Counted from the first letter of the stretch, positions 13,801 through 28,129 are shown. The stretch: DNA of 64,000 bases from Podarcis cretensis (GCA_951804945.1 OX638159.1:34534001-34598000); one strand, 5' to 3'. Notes: generated from the letters alone by a model not told the origin. Translations and numbers: made by a program.

Positions 13801-16800
13801 TAGATTTCATTTGCTCCCAGATGTGTCTGCTGCTGGACAGTGTCTGCCTTCCAAGCATTAGTCCAAATTTGGTGTTAGAGCAGTCATTTGTATGTGCAAT
13901 TACTATTGCTCATGTTGTTTGCTGGTAATGCTTATTGGAGTACCTGAGCCTCAAACTCTTGACCTATCTTTATTTGGCCCAACCCTCAGTGATGCATGAC
14001 TGGAAAATGGATAGGGGAGAAGGCAATATTTATCTGGTGGCAGTTCTTCTGCTTTCTGTGGTGCCACTCGGTAGAGGGCCTCAACCTGGGGGTGCATTTT
14101 GGAGGTACAGGGAGCTGCTACTGGAAGGGAGAACTGAAAAGCTCCTGTACATGAGCTGAACACTGCCTGTGGTCTCTGGATCCAGCACATAGATTTCCAC
14201 CCCTCCTTCCCCAAGTCAAGTCATGCAGAGAATAGAACACAGTTCATATTTAACTCACCAGGGAGATGCTGTAAGGATGTTAACTCTTGAAGCTCTGAGA
14301 GAAAGATTTTCTCAGATGCTCAGAGGCAAATAACCAGTGGCTAAACTTCTGCTAGTGACTGGTGAAAATTAATGTTGGTGTGATAGCAGGAACATATAAG
14401 AAATGTGAAAACAGTAATAACTGCATGATTGCTTTGTTATGTGGACCGTTTCTTGGTGTATTATGGGGCATATTAACAGAATTTAAAATTGCCGAATTAT
14501 CAGGTGTTGTTACCAGTGCCATTCTTATATGATAGTGCAGTGATGAGAAAATTTGTTGATGGCTAGTTTCAAAGTCACATTTTATATGCTGTTCTTATGT
14601 AAAAGCTTGTGGAAATGAGTATATGAAGTATATAAGATTATCTTGCCATCTAGTGGCTACTATATTCCCTGCATTTTCACTTAACGGTTGGTTGGTATTG
14701 GGATTGAAGTGTAGTTTATCTAGTTTATAGTCATAGTGTATGTAAGATACAATTATATGTTAAGGAAGGATTTCAGAACACCATAAAGTCAATGTGAGAT
14801 TTTCCATTTTTCTATGGCATATTGAGTACAGTAAGTTACAATAGCCCTATTGCCACATTGTTGTTCTTGATACAAATTACTAAATGCAAGACATTACCAG
14901 TTCAATTTTCTTTCTGATTAAAATGGGTTGAATAGAATATATTAATAAAATAATCTTAAATATTAATGAATGGCTTTAAAATGATTAGCTTTTCTTCAGA
15001 TTCTAGTCTACAAAGGATCTTGAAGTTGTATGTATAGTAAGTTACCTTGTGCTAATGATATTAATAGCTTTTGCAACTTACATATAGAATGTGGAATTAT
15101 GTCAGAAATGATATATTTGTCTATCTCGAATGCTGTCCTCTTCAGAGTCAGTGAAGGATATGTTCCTGGTATTTTCTGTGTGGTTCATGCATAGAGACCC
15201 TCGCATCCGCATTTGTCTCAGTGACCAGAGTTCTTTCCTTCAACTCCATACCTGGGAAGTTCTAGAAAGCTTGTGAAAACATATTGATTCTGTGAAAACA
15301 AATTGATTCTTTCCTCATTTTGGTGACAGAATGAAGTGTCCTGAAGTTATGGAACCCAATTATTGCAGGAGACAAACTAACATTATACAGTTTCCAAATG
15401 CTGCTGTTCCCATTTGCTGGGGTTTATTGAATTTTTATTTATTTATTTTTAAACGATCAGATTACTTGAAGGCAGGATATCATTTTCCTGAAACAATTCT
15501 TTTTATCATCTGGAAAGGCACTTGTTTCGCCTTTGCATTAATCAGCATGTCTCTGATAATCCAGATTTGACTCATTCTCTTTGACTATTGAAAAAAAAAC
15601 AATGGTATGAATCCCAGGTGTTGTGTTCTGTCCTGTGGAGAATGGGAAGGTGATGTTTGAACCATTATGAGTAAAATTATATGGAGATCTTGAAGAGATG
15701 CTGTTATACTTTTTAGACAGGGAGATGACATAAGATCATATGAAGATCATATGAAGAAGTTCACAAAGTATTTGTGTGGCATGTGTTAAAACATGGCATA
15801 CAAATATATTTTGTCAAGATTATTGTGTCTGAGGCAGACAAATTATACAAGTGCTTTGTAACTTGATTCACAGGCCAATCTTTGGGGTTTTGCATTTGTT
15901 TGCTGTATGAGTTGGTGTGAGAAGACCTGAAATTCATAAAAACCATGTTGGGAATATTTTGGGAAGAAGTACTTCTGAATAGTCTTGCTGTAAGAAAGAG
16001 TTGTCTTTATTTTCATCTAAATATATATTGTGGCAGAGCTGGATTCCTTTAAAATGAGCTATGTATATGGGCAGTAGTGGATTGCCAGACCTTTGATGGC
16101 CACCAAAGGCATACGGGAGAAAAATTGCAAAGTGATTGTAGGACAATTCAATTCATAGTGAATTCATCCATGTTTGGCACTTTTTTGAAGCTACATTTTC
16201 TTTTAGGTTTACTACCCCTTAGGAAACACAAACTAATAAATTCCTAGATTGTTTTATTCATTCATCCTGCTGTGTTCCAAAGTTAACAGTACATAAAAAT
16301 ATAGGCCAACACTCAAATGAGCCATTTATTAGTTCCCCGCTGTACATGAACTTGTTACAATGCATAACAGATTATTATGTGCTGCTGGAACCACAGCCAC
16401 TTCCCCATTTCACACTTTCCTTCACACTTCACCTTCAAAGGTGCGCTCTTCCATTGTCTCCAAGACAGACAGATGCCAACTAATAATTTACCACGATGTG
16501 CAGACAAGCTCACTGTCTATTAGAGGTGCATTTTGATGAAGTACTGTACATGTGTGCAGATATAAAATACAACATAAACTAAGTCAAATTTCTGAATAAC
16601 CCAAAAATAGCTCTTGTGTTAGCAGATGTCCCCACTGGTGTCAGTGTTGGGGGCAGACCCACGGTCACAAGTGGTGGTCCTTCTTTGGCTTGTACAAAAT
16701 TCAAGCAGATCAGTTCTACTTCATTTCTCAGTATAATTGAATAAAGTAAAGACTTGTATTGATGACAGGCTGATTTTCTGAAGCTTATGGAGGATAAATG

Positions 16801-19212
16801 GTGCTGGTGGTGTTTAAGTTGGCCTTAACATGCTGTTCTATGCTCTATTGTTTTACTTAGAAAGTTCTTTAGCGCATGTAGTTGCATCAAACAATTTTAG
16901 CTTGTTTCTATGTGCTTTCAAAACAGATAATTATTTAAATTGGGCAAATGTATATAATATAATTTTCAGTTTAGAAGCAAAGCATAAATGTTTTTGTGGA
17001 TTTGCATTGTACTCTTGTTGGATTTTTCCTAGTAAAGGAATCCTGTTATGATACATAAACTATTAATTTAAGCATCAGTATATAAATGCAGCCTCTTATG
17101 TACAATTTCCTTTTAAGGTTTTAGTAACAAGAACCACAGGAGTTCAGTTTTCTAGTTTCAGAATTTAGGAACAAAGACATATTCTGAAACTAGCTTTGTC
17201 TAGAAGTGGTCCTGCTGGTTATGGGATTACTCATGGACTTTCTATTTTGCAATCGCTAGTGTGATTCGTGTTGTTATAATATATTTTACCTTTTCAACAT
17301 AGGCTAGCCAGTTCTCAAACACTCAAGAGACATCTAGTGTAAAAGAACAGAATACATCGATTTCATGGAGATAACTGCAGAAAAACTAAAAACATGTTTA
17401 TATAATGTACCTAATCCAGAGTCATCTTGCATAAGCAGTGGTTCGCTTCTTGATGTGAACATTGTGTGCTCCTTCCAGAATGTTCATGTGACATTCTTAT
17501 TAGCAGGAAAGTCTGTTGCCACTGGAGTGCTCTATGTTCTTTTGTACATTCTTTTTGTTTGGATTAGAGACTACTGTGTAATATACAAATGGTGTGCATT
17601 TTTGGCACTGCAAACTGGGTAGAGAGAAGAAGAAAAATATTCTTACAAATTACGTTTAGGGCTAGGACCAGATTTCTTGGGAAGGGGCAGTTGCTGTGGG
17701 GTTGACAGTTCCCTCTTACCCAAGCACAGGATAGAGCCCAGCCTCTATATGCTTTCTCTGCCTCCACTGCTTTTGTGGTGGTAGTAACACCACTCTCTGT
17801 TGCCAGCCATGTTTTAGCAGTGGATGGAAGGTGGCACTTTTAACAGGATCTAAGCTATGCTCCTTTCTGTGGTTGCCACCAGCCATCTTAAGTTACTGAT
17901 TATGCAATGTTCCAGCCTATAGATTCCTATAGATTTCATAGGTCTGTAGCCCAGAGCATTATATGCCCCAGCTGTGTTTGCCAGTTTTTGAAGACTCACC
18001 TCTTTACATAGGCGTTCCCTTGATTTCTCAACCTGAGTCCTGTTTTAATCACACTGTTTTATTGTGTATTTTAATTAAGAATATTTATATTTTAATGGTA
18101 GGTTTATATTAGTTTTTATACTTTGCAAATTACTTAGCCTACTTTGGCATGTTATTTAACATGGCAGACAGTCACCATGGATGGGAGGCAAGCTAGGCTC
18201 TTGTTCAGGAGTGGAACAGCTGCCCATTACTAGAAAAAGCATTGGGGGAAAGAGGTAAATGGCATCATGGTTGGGCCAGTGAGGGGCCATTGGACTGTGC
18301 CCAACCTGGCTGAGTGCTAGTGCCAGGCCCAAGTAAGCTGAAAAAATAAAGCAGTGTAAAAGGTAGATATAGGTATGTCTCAGTACTATTCAGAGCACAA
18401 ATGATAGTGTAATGCAATTGAAGTCCTGTCAGTATGGTTGTGACCTGCACACTCACAGGTATCTCTTGCATTGTTTGATCTCTTGGCTTTGATTTAAACC
18501 TTTTCCTCCTCTCTGTTCCTAGCCACTGCAATTTACTACAGCATTTTTGCTCTACCTTCTGTTACTAAGATACCCAAGGCAGCTATCACAATTTACTATT
18601 TTACTATCATCATAACATAGTAAAAAAAATAAATGCTTTTTTTGGTAATTAGATATAATTTATTTTTACTTATTTCTTATGACCCCTGCTTTAGCAGTAA
18701 CATTAGCAAAGAAGATGACATCCACACTGTCAGTGTCTGTAATATCTAACATCCTGTTCAATATTATTTTTAGAATCACGTTTTCACAATTTCTTGAACC
18801 ATCATCAGTCAAAAAATTGAGAAGAGCATATTTTCCATAAATCCACACCAAAGAAGACATTCTCCTCCCTTGTAGTAGTGTTCACAGAATTGTTAAAGCA
18901 AATTTGCATCCTATAATAAAATCTTGGAATTAATTTGTCGTGGCACCCTGCTGCAGCCATGTGTTTTGAAGAAGAGTGTCATAAGTAAAACTAATTTCTT
19001 ATTGTTAATGAGTGAGCTAAAAGCCCATATATGTTATACTAGAAAACTTTCAATCCCTGCTGTAGAGTTAGTACTATCAGAGTACTACAAGTGCTCACCC
19101 TGCTTTTTCTCACATCTGGCCAGCACTGGTGAGATGTAGTCCTTATCCTTCTACTTCCGTTCCTTTACGCTATTCTATCATGGAAAATGTACAAGTATTT
19201 CCCCCACACAAA

Positions 19213-19350
19213 TAGCTCAGTCAGTAGAGCATGAGACTGTTAATCTCAGGGGCATGGTTTGAGCCCCACATTAGGTTAAAGATTCCTGCATTAGAGGGGG
19301 TTGGACTAGATGACCCTGGAGGTCCCTTCCAACTCTACAATCCTAGGATT
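19213..19350 (+). mobile_element. tRNA-Lys-derived SINE with a CR1-type 3' tail
   Basis: Head tagctcagtcagtagagcatgagactgttaatctcagg...gagccccac resembles tRNA-Lys(CTT); tail gggttggactagatgacc...ggtcccttccaactctac is CR1-like. Confidence 0.8.
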
Positions 19351-20502
19351 CATTTGTGTAGAGCTGTGCGTCTTGACTTCTGTCCTCCTTCTTTGATCAC
19401 AGTTTTCAGAGTCCTGTTGTAGGCAGCTTGATTGCTCTTGTGACATTTGTAACTTCCTGCTGCCTGTTGTTGTTTTACTAATCTTGGGTTTGTATGTCAG
19501 CCTCCCAAAGCTCTGTTGCTTCTGCCAAACACTACCTGAAAGTCAGTTTTTAAATATAGGAAACTGTTTTCTGTTTTCTATAGGTTCTGGTGCTAAATGT
19601 TTTGTGGTGGTGGTGGTGGTGGTGTGTGTGTGTGTGTGTGTGTGTGATAGAATAACATTGTGTTTTGCAACTAGACTTCATATAGATGTTAGTTCATCCC
19701 ATGGGATATTTGAGTAAAAAAATGAGGTTTGTACAGTTGCATTTCTTTTTGTATTGCTTTTTTTGCAGGGTTAACACTTGAACTTCAAAATGAAGCTAAT
19801 AGATTTTATAAAACTTTTTTATTTATTATGCACAGTATGGCAAATTGGTTTAAATTCTTCATTGTATTAATTTGGTTAAGGGTAATTTACAGGTACCTAA
19901 ATTAACAAAACAAGTGTTCAGATTAAAATAATAATAATCTTCCTCCCCATCCCACATCTTACTGACTTTTCACATGCTTGGATTAAACTTTTTTCTCTGT
20001 TATGAAGCACATACAGTAGATTTGATAAGTAAACAAAAGTTTTTGCCTTCAGCCAGTGAAATTCTATATTTTTGCATCTAGCATCACTGTTCAATTTCTA
20101 CAGTGGAAGTATTCCAAATTGTTTTGTCTCTTGTAGTTTGTTCTGGCCCAATCACTGGTACAAGTCTTTCCTAGTGCAAGACTGCATGTGCAATTACACT
20201 GTTAATGGGCGTCTGATATGCGTGGTCCTGCTAAATGGTTTTTAGTGGGTTAATATTTTTCATCACCATTTCTAAAGTACTCAAAATGGTGCTTGTACGC
20301 TGCACTGGAGCAAGTAGCGTGTTGAGACCCTGGATGGAACTGCCACCCAGATTCAGGTCATGTTCCATCCTGAAAAGTGTTGGAAGTTTGGAATGAAATT
20401 GGGGGAAAATAAAAAAATTAAAATTAAATAAGGAATAAAATGGGATAAATAGCCTAGGAAAAGAATGTTTCTAATCTTTCCCCCAATTTTATTAATCCAT
20501 AG

Positions 20503-20586
20503 GGACCTGCAGGTTCACAGCCTTCACCCCATGCACAGCCCCCCACTCACAACCCCAGCAATCCCACGATGGGACCTCATGGTCAG
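20503..20586 (+). CDS. SSBP2: Putative SSBP2 cassette exon (GPAGSQPSPHAQPPTHNPSNPTMGPHGQ)
   Basis: atccatag acceptor, CAG|gtagga donor; 84 nt, phase 0/0, open; resembles the GPPGSQPSPH...MGPHxQ segment at the same position in SSBP3/SSBP4. Confidence 0.85.
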
Positions 20587-22914
20587 GTAGGAGGGTATAC
20601 AAAAGCACCCATATGCAACACTTTACTTGCAACTGCCATTACAACGATAGTTTGCTCATTTCAGATTTATCATTTAACTTTTCTCTTGTCCACCTAAAGT
20701 GGTTCGTATTTTGAACCACACTTTTCCTACCCGCTGTCCCCTTTCCCCATAAATCTCACCATCTACTTAATAAATTGTGTGGTATTGTTCGTCTGTCTGT
20801 CTGCTTAGTTATTTTCCCAATACCCATGTACTTTGTAACAGCAGTTTTGGCATACAATGTGGGCCCGCAAATTTTCCGCAATAGTATTCATACATGTGAA
20901 TTTTTACTACTTATCTGGTTTTCTGAAATTCCTGAATGTAGCATTTTTCATATGTTTTGGACCAACAATTGACTATTTTAAACCATTATTTGATTGACAC
21001 AAATGTAATAATAGTTTGGAAATTGATGGTTTCAACTATTGTTCGTTAAGCTTGCCAAACCCTTTGATGCCAAAATGTTGGAAAATCATTTGGAATGTTT
21101 TCATATACTAATTTATTCCTATGGCACCGTTTACTTTCTTTCAAATAGGCCTAGAACCTGGCTTTGTTTTTTCAGTTCTTGAGCACATACCAGTGATCTT
21201 TAGTTGTGGTTTCTTATTCTGAGGGGAAAGTGTAGGCTTCTTATGTGGGGGTATTGGGAACTAAGCAAATGAGTATTTCAAAATAGTGCCTACTTTGCGG
21301 TGTAAACATTTCCAAAATTTGGGGAGGGGGGATTTGGGAGCTATGAGATCTGTATCCATCATTTAATAGATCATGGCATTTCACAAGCTACACAATTCAG
21401 AGTTCTGTGTTGTCTAACTACAACTTGACTTACAGGCATTGTGGTACACCAGTAATAATTTAAATCAAGTACAAATCAAGTTCAGCAATAAGGCTATTTT
21501 CCTTTTTCATCGGTATCTCTTAGTATTTTGATATCAGGTAGTATTTCTGCGTGTTGTGTGTAACGTTATGTAATGTTCAGAAAACATTTTAGATTATATG
21601 TCTTACTGTTTAAAGTTCTTGCTTAGAGGTTGGCAGCTGTTTAGGAAAACAGCAGTCAACCAAGGACATTCCATATAAATAGCATGTGTTCAAGTGATAT
21701 ATGGGTTATTCTTGATTATTCCTTCAACTAAACACCTCTTCTTTATAATTATTTTGATCCAAAAGGCAGTATACTGGCCTAAAACTTCTATATCTAGCTG
21801 CCTACAAAATGAGATTCCATTGCAAGTTAGCAGAGAGGCTGTTTGGGTTTAGCATGCAGTTAATGAGCAGTTTAAATAATTGAATTTAGCACCGTAGTAA
21901 CCTAACAGCAAACATCTGCTGTATTAATGTAAGAGTTTGGAAATGAAGATCTATCTGGGTCTTGCAAGTTGTATCAGTGACTCAGTTACAGAGCTCAATT
22001 TTTTATATTATATGAATATTTACAAGTTTTTATTTGCATTGTCAATATATTGGGTTTGTAAACTTTGTCTAGATCGTAATCTTTATTTTAATTCTCTTCT
22101 CTATGTGTCATGTAAACAAAGTTCCAGAGAATAATGTTCTATGTCTAGCTACAATTATAATGTGAATCCCTGAAACTGGAACATTATCAAAGATGCAGAT
22201 ATAGGTACTAGACTCACAGTTTTTATAGACAAGACAAAAGTCAAGAAATTGTTCTTTGAATTGCAAGTAGAGCTAAACCAAAATATTTTTTATGTCAAAA
22301 TGTGGGTATTTGATAAGGGAGAACCTTTTGTTAAACAGTAAAGCAAGCTGCTTCTCATCCAAGTTCTTGACATTAATCATAACTCAAGCAGAACTGTACA
22401 GAATCACCCCAAGTTTGGTTTTTAAGGCCATGAGGAACAGTCTAAGCCTCTGAACAAGCTCAGGAAAGCTCCTGGCCTGACTTTGCTAAGCTTAGACACA
22501 GTCCTTTTATATGCTCTTGGTAAGCTGTGTCTTAACCTCATCCCCAGCCCTGCTTACAGTCATGTGGCCCAGAAAAGTGCTAACACAGTATGTATAAAGG
22601 GACTGTTCCTACATTCCTAACTTGCATTACAGGATTCCTATGAGTGTAGGCACTGTTTTCTTTCAGCTCTACAAGAACTGGGTTGTAGGTCTTGCTTTTC
22701 TGAGAACAGAAGTGGTGATGCTTAGTGGCCCCAGAATGTTGATAGTCCCAGATTACAGGAATCAATAAATGTCAGTTAAGAAGTATAGTAACATATGTCG
22801 CTGCTCAAATAATTTAACGTTATTGTTGGTTGTGAAATTGGTGTCAAAGTTTTTCTAGGATTTAATTTTAAATGGCTGTATCTGTGTTCTTAATGTAGTT
22901 ATTTTCTTTTGCAG

Positions 22915-22974
22915 CCTTTCATGTCCCCCCGATACCCAGGAGGCCCAAGGCCGCCTTTAAGGATACCCAATCAG
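22915..22974 (+). CDS. SSBP2: SSBP2 coding exon ([20 protein letters not shown])
   Basis: ttttgcag acceptor, gtaaca donor, 60 nt, peptide match. Confidence 0.96.
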
Positions 22975-24070
22975 GTAACAGTCCTTTTATTAATGAATAA
23001 TAATTCATTATTGCATCATTCTCTTGCAAGGGGCAAGAGAAAACTGAACCAGAAAAGTCAAAACTCTGCATACTTTCTTTTTGAGAACAATAATTTCAAC
23101 AAACTCCATACATTATACAGGCATTTGACAATGCAAATCAAATTTTATTGGAAATGCACCATATCAGCCTCTTGATTCCCAGAAGTCTAGGTCAAGAGTC
23201 TGAGGGGTTTTGTCTCTTGAACCTTTATCAGTCTGTAGCAGCAAAACAGAACAAGATAAGAAAAAATAACTGCAGAAGTGAAGAACCAATGTTGTTTAAT
23301 GTGACACTAACCTTCTTCACAGCCTTCGGCCATGGTGGGCAAATGAAGGCATCACACACTGTGCTTCACCGCCCCGCCCCCGGCCAATTTTTTTTTGCGG
23401 TGGGGGGGGGGAATTGCATTTTTTATTTGAGGCAAGACAAAGACAGCCTCCATTTAAAGAATGACAGCAGTTTACGAATTGGACCCTCTGAAAATTTTAC
23501 TTTATAGATCGAGTGCACAGCAAAAAGCCTCATCTGGAAGAGCACTCAGAAGTCTGCTCAGTCAATCCTGTGGGTGGATTTTTTCATTTTATATCAGGAT
23601 TCTAAAAAGCACTGCTTAATATAAGGCACGGTTACAGCACTGATTGTGTTATTTCATGTTATAAAACTTGACCAAAATTAGCATGGTTAAATACGTGCTT
23701 AATTTTCATGTAGTCGTTCAACCAATATTCCATTGAAATCAATGGAATTTATGCGGTATTCCTATTGAGGTTTCCAGCAATTTTTGGTTAACAAAAGGCA
23801 TCTAATATCAAAGTTAAATACAATCAAAATGATAGACTTGTTTGGAACTGGAAATCATTGTAGTTTGTGAAAATGTAAGGAAAGTCAGTGGTAGCTTATC
23901 TTAAAAACCTAACTCAATAAAGTACTGTTTTAATATTTTAATAATATTAAAATACTGCTTTTATATTTAATATTGCTTGGCATTTGAAACATTGCATTTT
24001 TTTAAAAAAAATAAGCCTCTCTCTATTCATATATAATTGAACTTTTAAATGTTGGTGTTTTTATTTATAG

Positions 24071-24137
24071 GCACTTGGAGGTGTCCCAGGAAGTCAGCCA
24101 TTATTGCCTAGTGGAATGGATCCAACACGGCAACAAG
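24071..24137 (+). CDS. SSBP2: SSBP2 coding exon (ALGGVPGSQPLLPSGMDPTRQQ-g)
   Basis: tttatag acceptor, gtaatc donor, 67 nt, phase 0/1. Confidence 0.96.
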
Positions 24138-25160
24138 GTAATCTGCATCATCAGTAGATAACAGCATGTTGGTTCAAAAATCTTACTCTCACTTCTTAGA
24201 ATGTTAAGCGATCGGAATGACAGGCAAAAATGAACACAGTTGTGGAACTGCAGGTGGGATGGTTCTGTTGTTCTTCTCATGGATGTCCTGTGGCATAGGA
24301 TACAAGGGAAAAACCTTTGTAGTTCATCATCTCTTAAAGCAAAGGGAACAGCTTCTATGCTGTTCTTAAAGCAAAGAGAACAGCTTCTATGCTGTTCTTC
24401 TGGAGTTTAAAGCATTTTACTTTTGCAGTATAAATTGAATAATGACATTCTTCATATTGAGGTCAGAATTGATGGGGATAAATAAGTATTTTTTTACCTA
24501 AAGGTCTCTGATGATTCAAATATCTTACCCATCATAGCATTTCCTTTTCCTAAGTCACCGTTGCTTAGGGATTACCCAAGAAGCTATTGCATTCTGCCCA
24601 GAATCTTGCGCTATATTCAGCAGCTACCCCGAGTTCCTAGCTGTTTTCCTTTTGAATAATTGAAATATGTAATGTAGTTATATATTATTTAGCACTGTCA
24701 GTTAAAGAATGCTCAGCAAATTGTATTAGTTGTTTTAAAATTATATAGTTCCATTATTACTTCCAGCTTCCTTTTTTGTCTAAACATAAAAGTGGAGGTT
24801 CATTCCATGACTTGTCTACAGTGAACTGGTTGTTGGGGCTGAATGCTTTATTAAGTCCGCATATGAGTTCAGCTAAAGTTCTGAAGAAAATGCTTTTTTT
24901 ATTTTTAGCTAATGCAACCACTGTTGTGGCAAGCACCATCTTAGAAGAGACTCTGCCTCTGTGTTAAAGAAAGAACAATAATCTACGATGGTGCCTGCCA
25001 TATGAGTGTGTGTGTGATAAATATTTGCATTAACCATGATTAACAATTTGTTGGCGGGGGGAAATCTGATTTAAGAATGTGCCTCTGAATATAAAGACAT
25101 TTTAATCAGCTAACCTGATTATTGAACTAAAGGTTGTACCCTAATACATGTCTTTTCCAG

Positions 25161-25231
25161 GACATCCAAATATGGGTGGGCCAATGCAGAGAATGACTCC
25201 TCCAAGAGGAATGGTTCCCTTAGGACCTCAG
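25161..25231 (+). CDS. SSBP2: SSBP2 coding exon ([24 protein letters not shown])
   Basis: ttttccag acceptor, gtatat donor, 71 nt, phase 1/0. Confidence 0.96.
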
Positions 25232-25889
25232 GTATATTGCTTGTGTTGCAGTTCACATGGCCATGTATATCAAAATTCCCACTTTTCATGTGGAATTTAT
25301 AATGCAACTATTTGTAGTTGCTATGTGTAAAGGCATGACTTCCCACAGAACACCTATGCTACATCCCTGAAACCATTCCTTGCTTGGTTAGACCAAAATC
25401 CACCTAGCTCAGCTTTCTGCTTCCAACAGTGGTGTCTGGAAGCTTAAAAATAGATCATGAAGAAGATCACATTTTCTGCTTGTTTGTTTGTTTGTTCTCA
25501 CCGTCCTGTACTTAGAAATTATTCTACACATGGATGATTCATTTACCTATTAATTCCATGAATCATCAGGTATAGAAGCAGCATATTTCTGAGTATTAAA
25601 TGCCTGGGGGAAATAGTGGCATAACCATAGTTTGTTTGGCATATCTGTGTTCACTGACTGTAGTTTTAAAAATGTGCAATTTGTTGCAACATTCATTTTT
25701 CTTCCACTTAACTGAAATTGCATTCAGAATAAAGCCTTTGGTATTTCTTATTTGTTTAATAGCTACATTAGCTATTTCTTGGAGAAATGCAAAATATCGT
25801 TTTTAAAAGACAGAAAACATGAAAGAAAGAAAAAATAATTAAACTTTCTAATTGATGGCCATTCACCGTCTGTTGAACCTATCCATATA

Positions 25890-26140
25890 CAGTGGTACCT
25901 TGGTTTTTGGACATCTCCATTGCAAAAAGCTTTGGTTTTTGAATGCCAAAATCCGGAAGTAAATGCTTCTGTTATCAAACGCGCCTCAGAAGTCGAACAG
26001 TTTCTGCTTCATGTATCTGTTGTTTTTTACCATTTTCTCTATTGAATTGGTAGGCCGCTCTTTGTGCCTCAGTTTTCTAACGTTTCGGAAGTTGAACTGT
26101 CTTCCGGAACAGATTACATTCGAAAACCGAGGTTCCACTG
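25890..26140. mobile_element. Tc1/mariner MITE
   Basis: TIRs cagtggtaccttggtttt / aaaaccgaggttccactg, TA TSD. Confidence 0.85.
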
Positions 26141-26495
26141 TAAATCTCTTCATATGTCCCTAATAATACCGAATCATTCAAGCAAGACTTACTCAGTTTT
26201 TCCTTTTTAAATATTTTTAAACCATTTGGCAAAATTGTATACTTTCACAGAAATTGTATACTTTCACAGAATCAATAATATCCAAATCGTTTCCTACAAC
26301 AGTTTTAGCATAGAAACTGATTTAGTTATTTTAGCTTCAGTATTCAATAAACATCTTAGTTTCACAAGGTGGAAACTAGTATGAATCCTCAGATTCTTAA
26401 TCAGAGAAAATTGAACTGAATAGCATGAAAATCAGTCAAGCTTTTGCTGAAAGTTTTAAAAAGAGACAGTTTTTATATGTCAGTATGTGTGCATT

Positions 26496-26849
26496 GGGAC
26501 GCGGGTGGCACTGTGGGTTAAACCACAGAGCCTAGGACTTGCCGATCAGAAGGTTGGCGGTTCAAATCCCCGTGACACAATGAGCTCCCGTTGCTTGGTC
26601 CCTGCTCCTGCCAACCTAGCAGTTTGAAAGCATGTCAAAGTGCAAGTAGATAAATAGGTACCGTTCCGGCGGGAAGTTAAACGGCATTTCCATGCGCTGC
26701 TCTGGTTTGCCAGAAGCAGATTAGTCCTGCTGGCCACATGACCCAGAAGCTGTACGCCAGCTGCCTCGGCCAATAAAGCGAGATGAGCGCCGCAACCCCA
26801 GAGTCGGTCACGACTGGACCTAATGATCAGGGGTCCCTTTACCTTTTAC
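26496..26849 (+). mobile_element. Full-length Sauria SINE
   Basis: gggacgcgggtggcactgtgg head with A/B boxes, acctttt tail, exact 12-bp TSD tatgtgtgcatt. Confidence 0.92.
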
Positions 26850-27989
26850 TATGTGTGCATTTATTTTGATGACTTCTATTTCTGGAAGACTTCAATAAAA
26901 TATGACATATCTCCAGAAGCATGTTGTTATACATCGGCATGTCTGGAGCACATGTCCTACAGCATGGGTTTGTTGACTAGACTCATCTAGGGCTCTTTGT
27001 TTTAATTTTTGTTATAATTAAAAAGTGTTATATGAGTACACTTACAAAGTAAATAGCATTGGCCACTTTTAAGAACTCAAGCCTGACTTCCCTTCTCACA
27101 ACAGATTGACATGCTTTCTCTTTGAATAGTACAATTCTTATAGCTGAGAATACACACAGTCTAAGATGGTCATGTTACAGCTACGTACATTGGGTGATAC
27201 CCAGTTATTCCTGTCCGCTGGTGACTTCTGCTTGTGCAACAGGACTTTCATCTCCTCTCCTTCTCTCTGCAGCCCACACACATCCCAGCACATCAGCTTC
27301 AAGGCGTTGAAGGATCTTACGAAACAAATTTGGGGGGAGGTGCACTGGGGTGAGGGAGACAAAGAGGAAATATTGGATATCACCCATGTGCTAATACACA
27401 CACACACACACACACCCCAGGTAAATAGCGCAGTTTCCAGAATCAATTGCTATATATGACAGCCTAAGAGCTAGGTGGAGAGCACATTTTCGTTTTGTCC
27501 TGAACATAGCAATGGGCTGTTCATAGGCATTTCAGTACATTTTTCATGCCTTCTGAATAATTCCCCTGCTCTTTGCTGTAGATTGCTTATTAAGTAAACT
27601 TAGCAGTCATCTTATTCAGTATAAGTATATACTTCTAATGTTAAATACTAACACTAAATAGGCAGTTTACTTAAAAAAAGTATCCATTTGAATCCCTCAA
27701 AATGTCTGTGGAATACAAAGTCAACTTTCGTGAAATGGATATTAAATCTGTCCCTCACAGACAATTGTATTATCTATCATAAATGTTACAATCTCCATGA
27801 ATCAATTAACATTTGTAAATGTGCCCCATATCCTTCCATTGTTAAGATAATAAGACTCTTAGGAAATGCTAAATAGTTTTATTAAAATTAGGGAGAGTGT
27901 AGAAATAATAATTGTTTTTAGTCAAGCAACTCAAATTCTGAAAATGAATGGCCCTGGCCTATCCAATAATCAGATGTGTAGGGAAGTCA

Positions 27990-28129
27990 NNNNNNNNNNN
28001 NNNNNNNNNNNNNNNNNNNNNNNNNNNNNNNNNNNNNNNNNNNNNNNNNNNNNNNNNNNNNNNNNNNNNNNNNNNNNNNNNNNNNNNNNNNNNNNNNNNN
28101 NNNNNNNNNNNNNNNNNNNNNNNNNNNNN
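27990..28129. other. Assembly gap (140 N)
   Basis: Run of n in the sequence. Confidence 0.99.

Noticed and set aside
19213-19285. Functional tRNA-Lys gene
   Set aside because: Mutated anticodon and T-arm, and fused to a CR1-like tail, so it is a SINE head.
27944-27962. atgaatggccctggc (MNGPG) as the start of the missing exon
   Set aside because: No acceptor context and no match to the expected NYGGAMRPP; likely chance.
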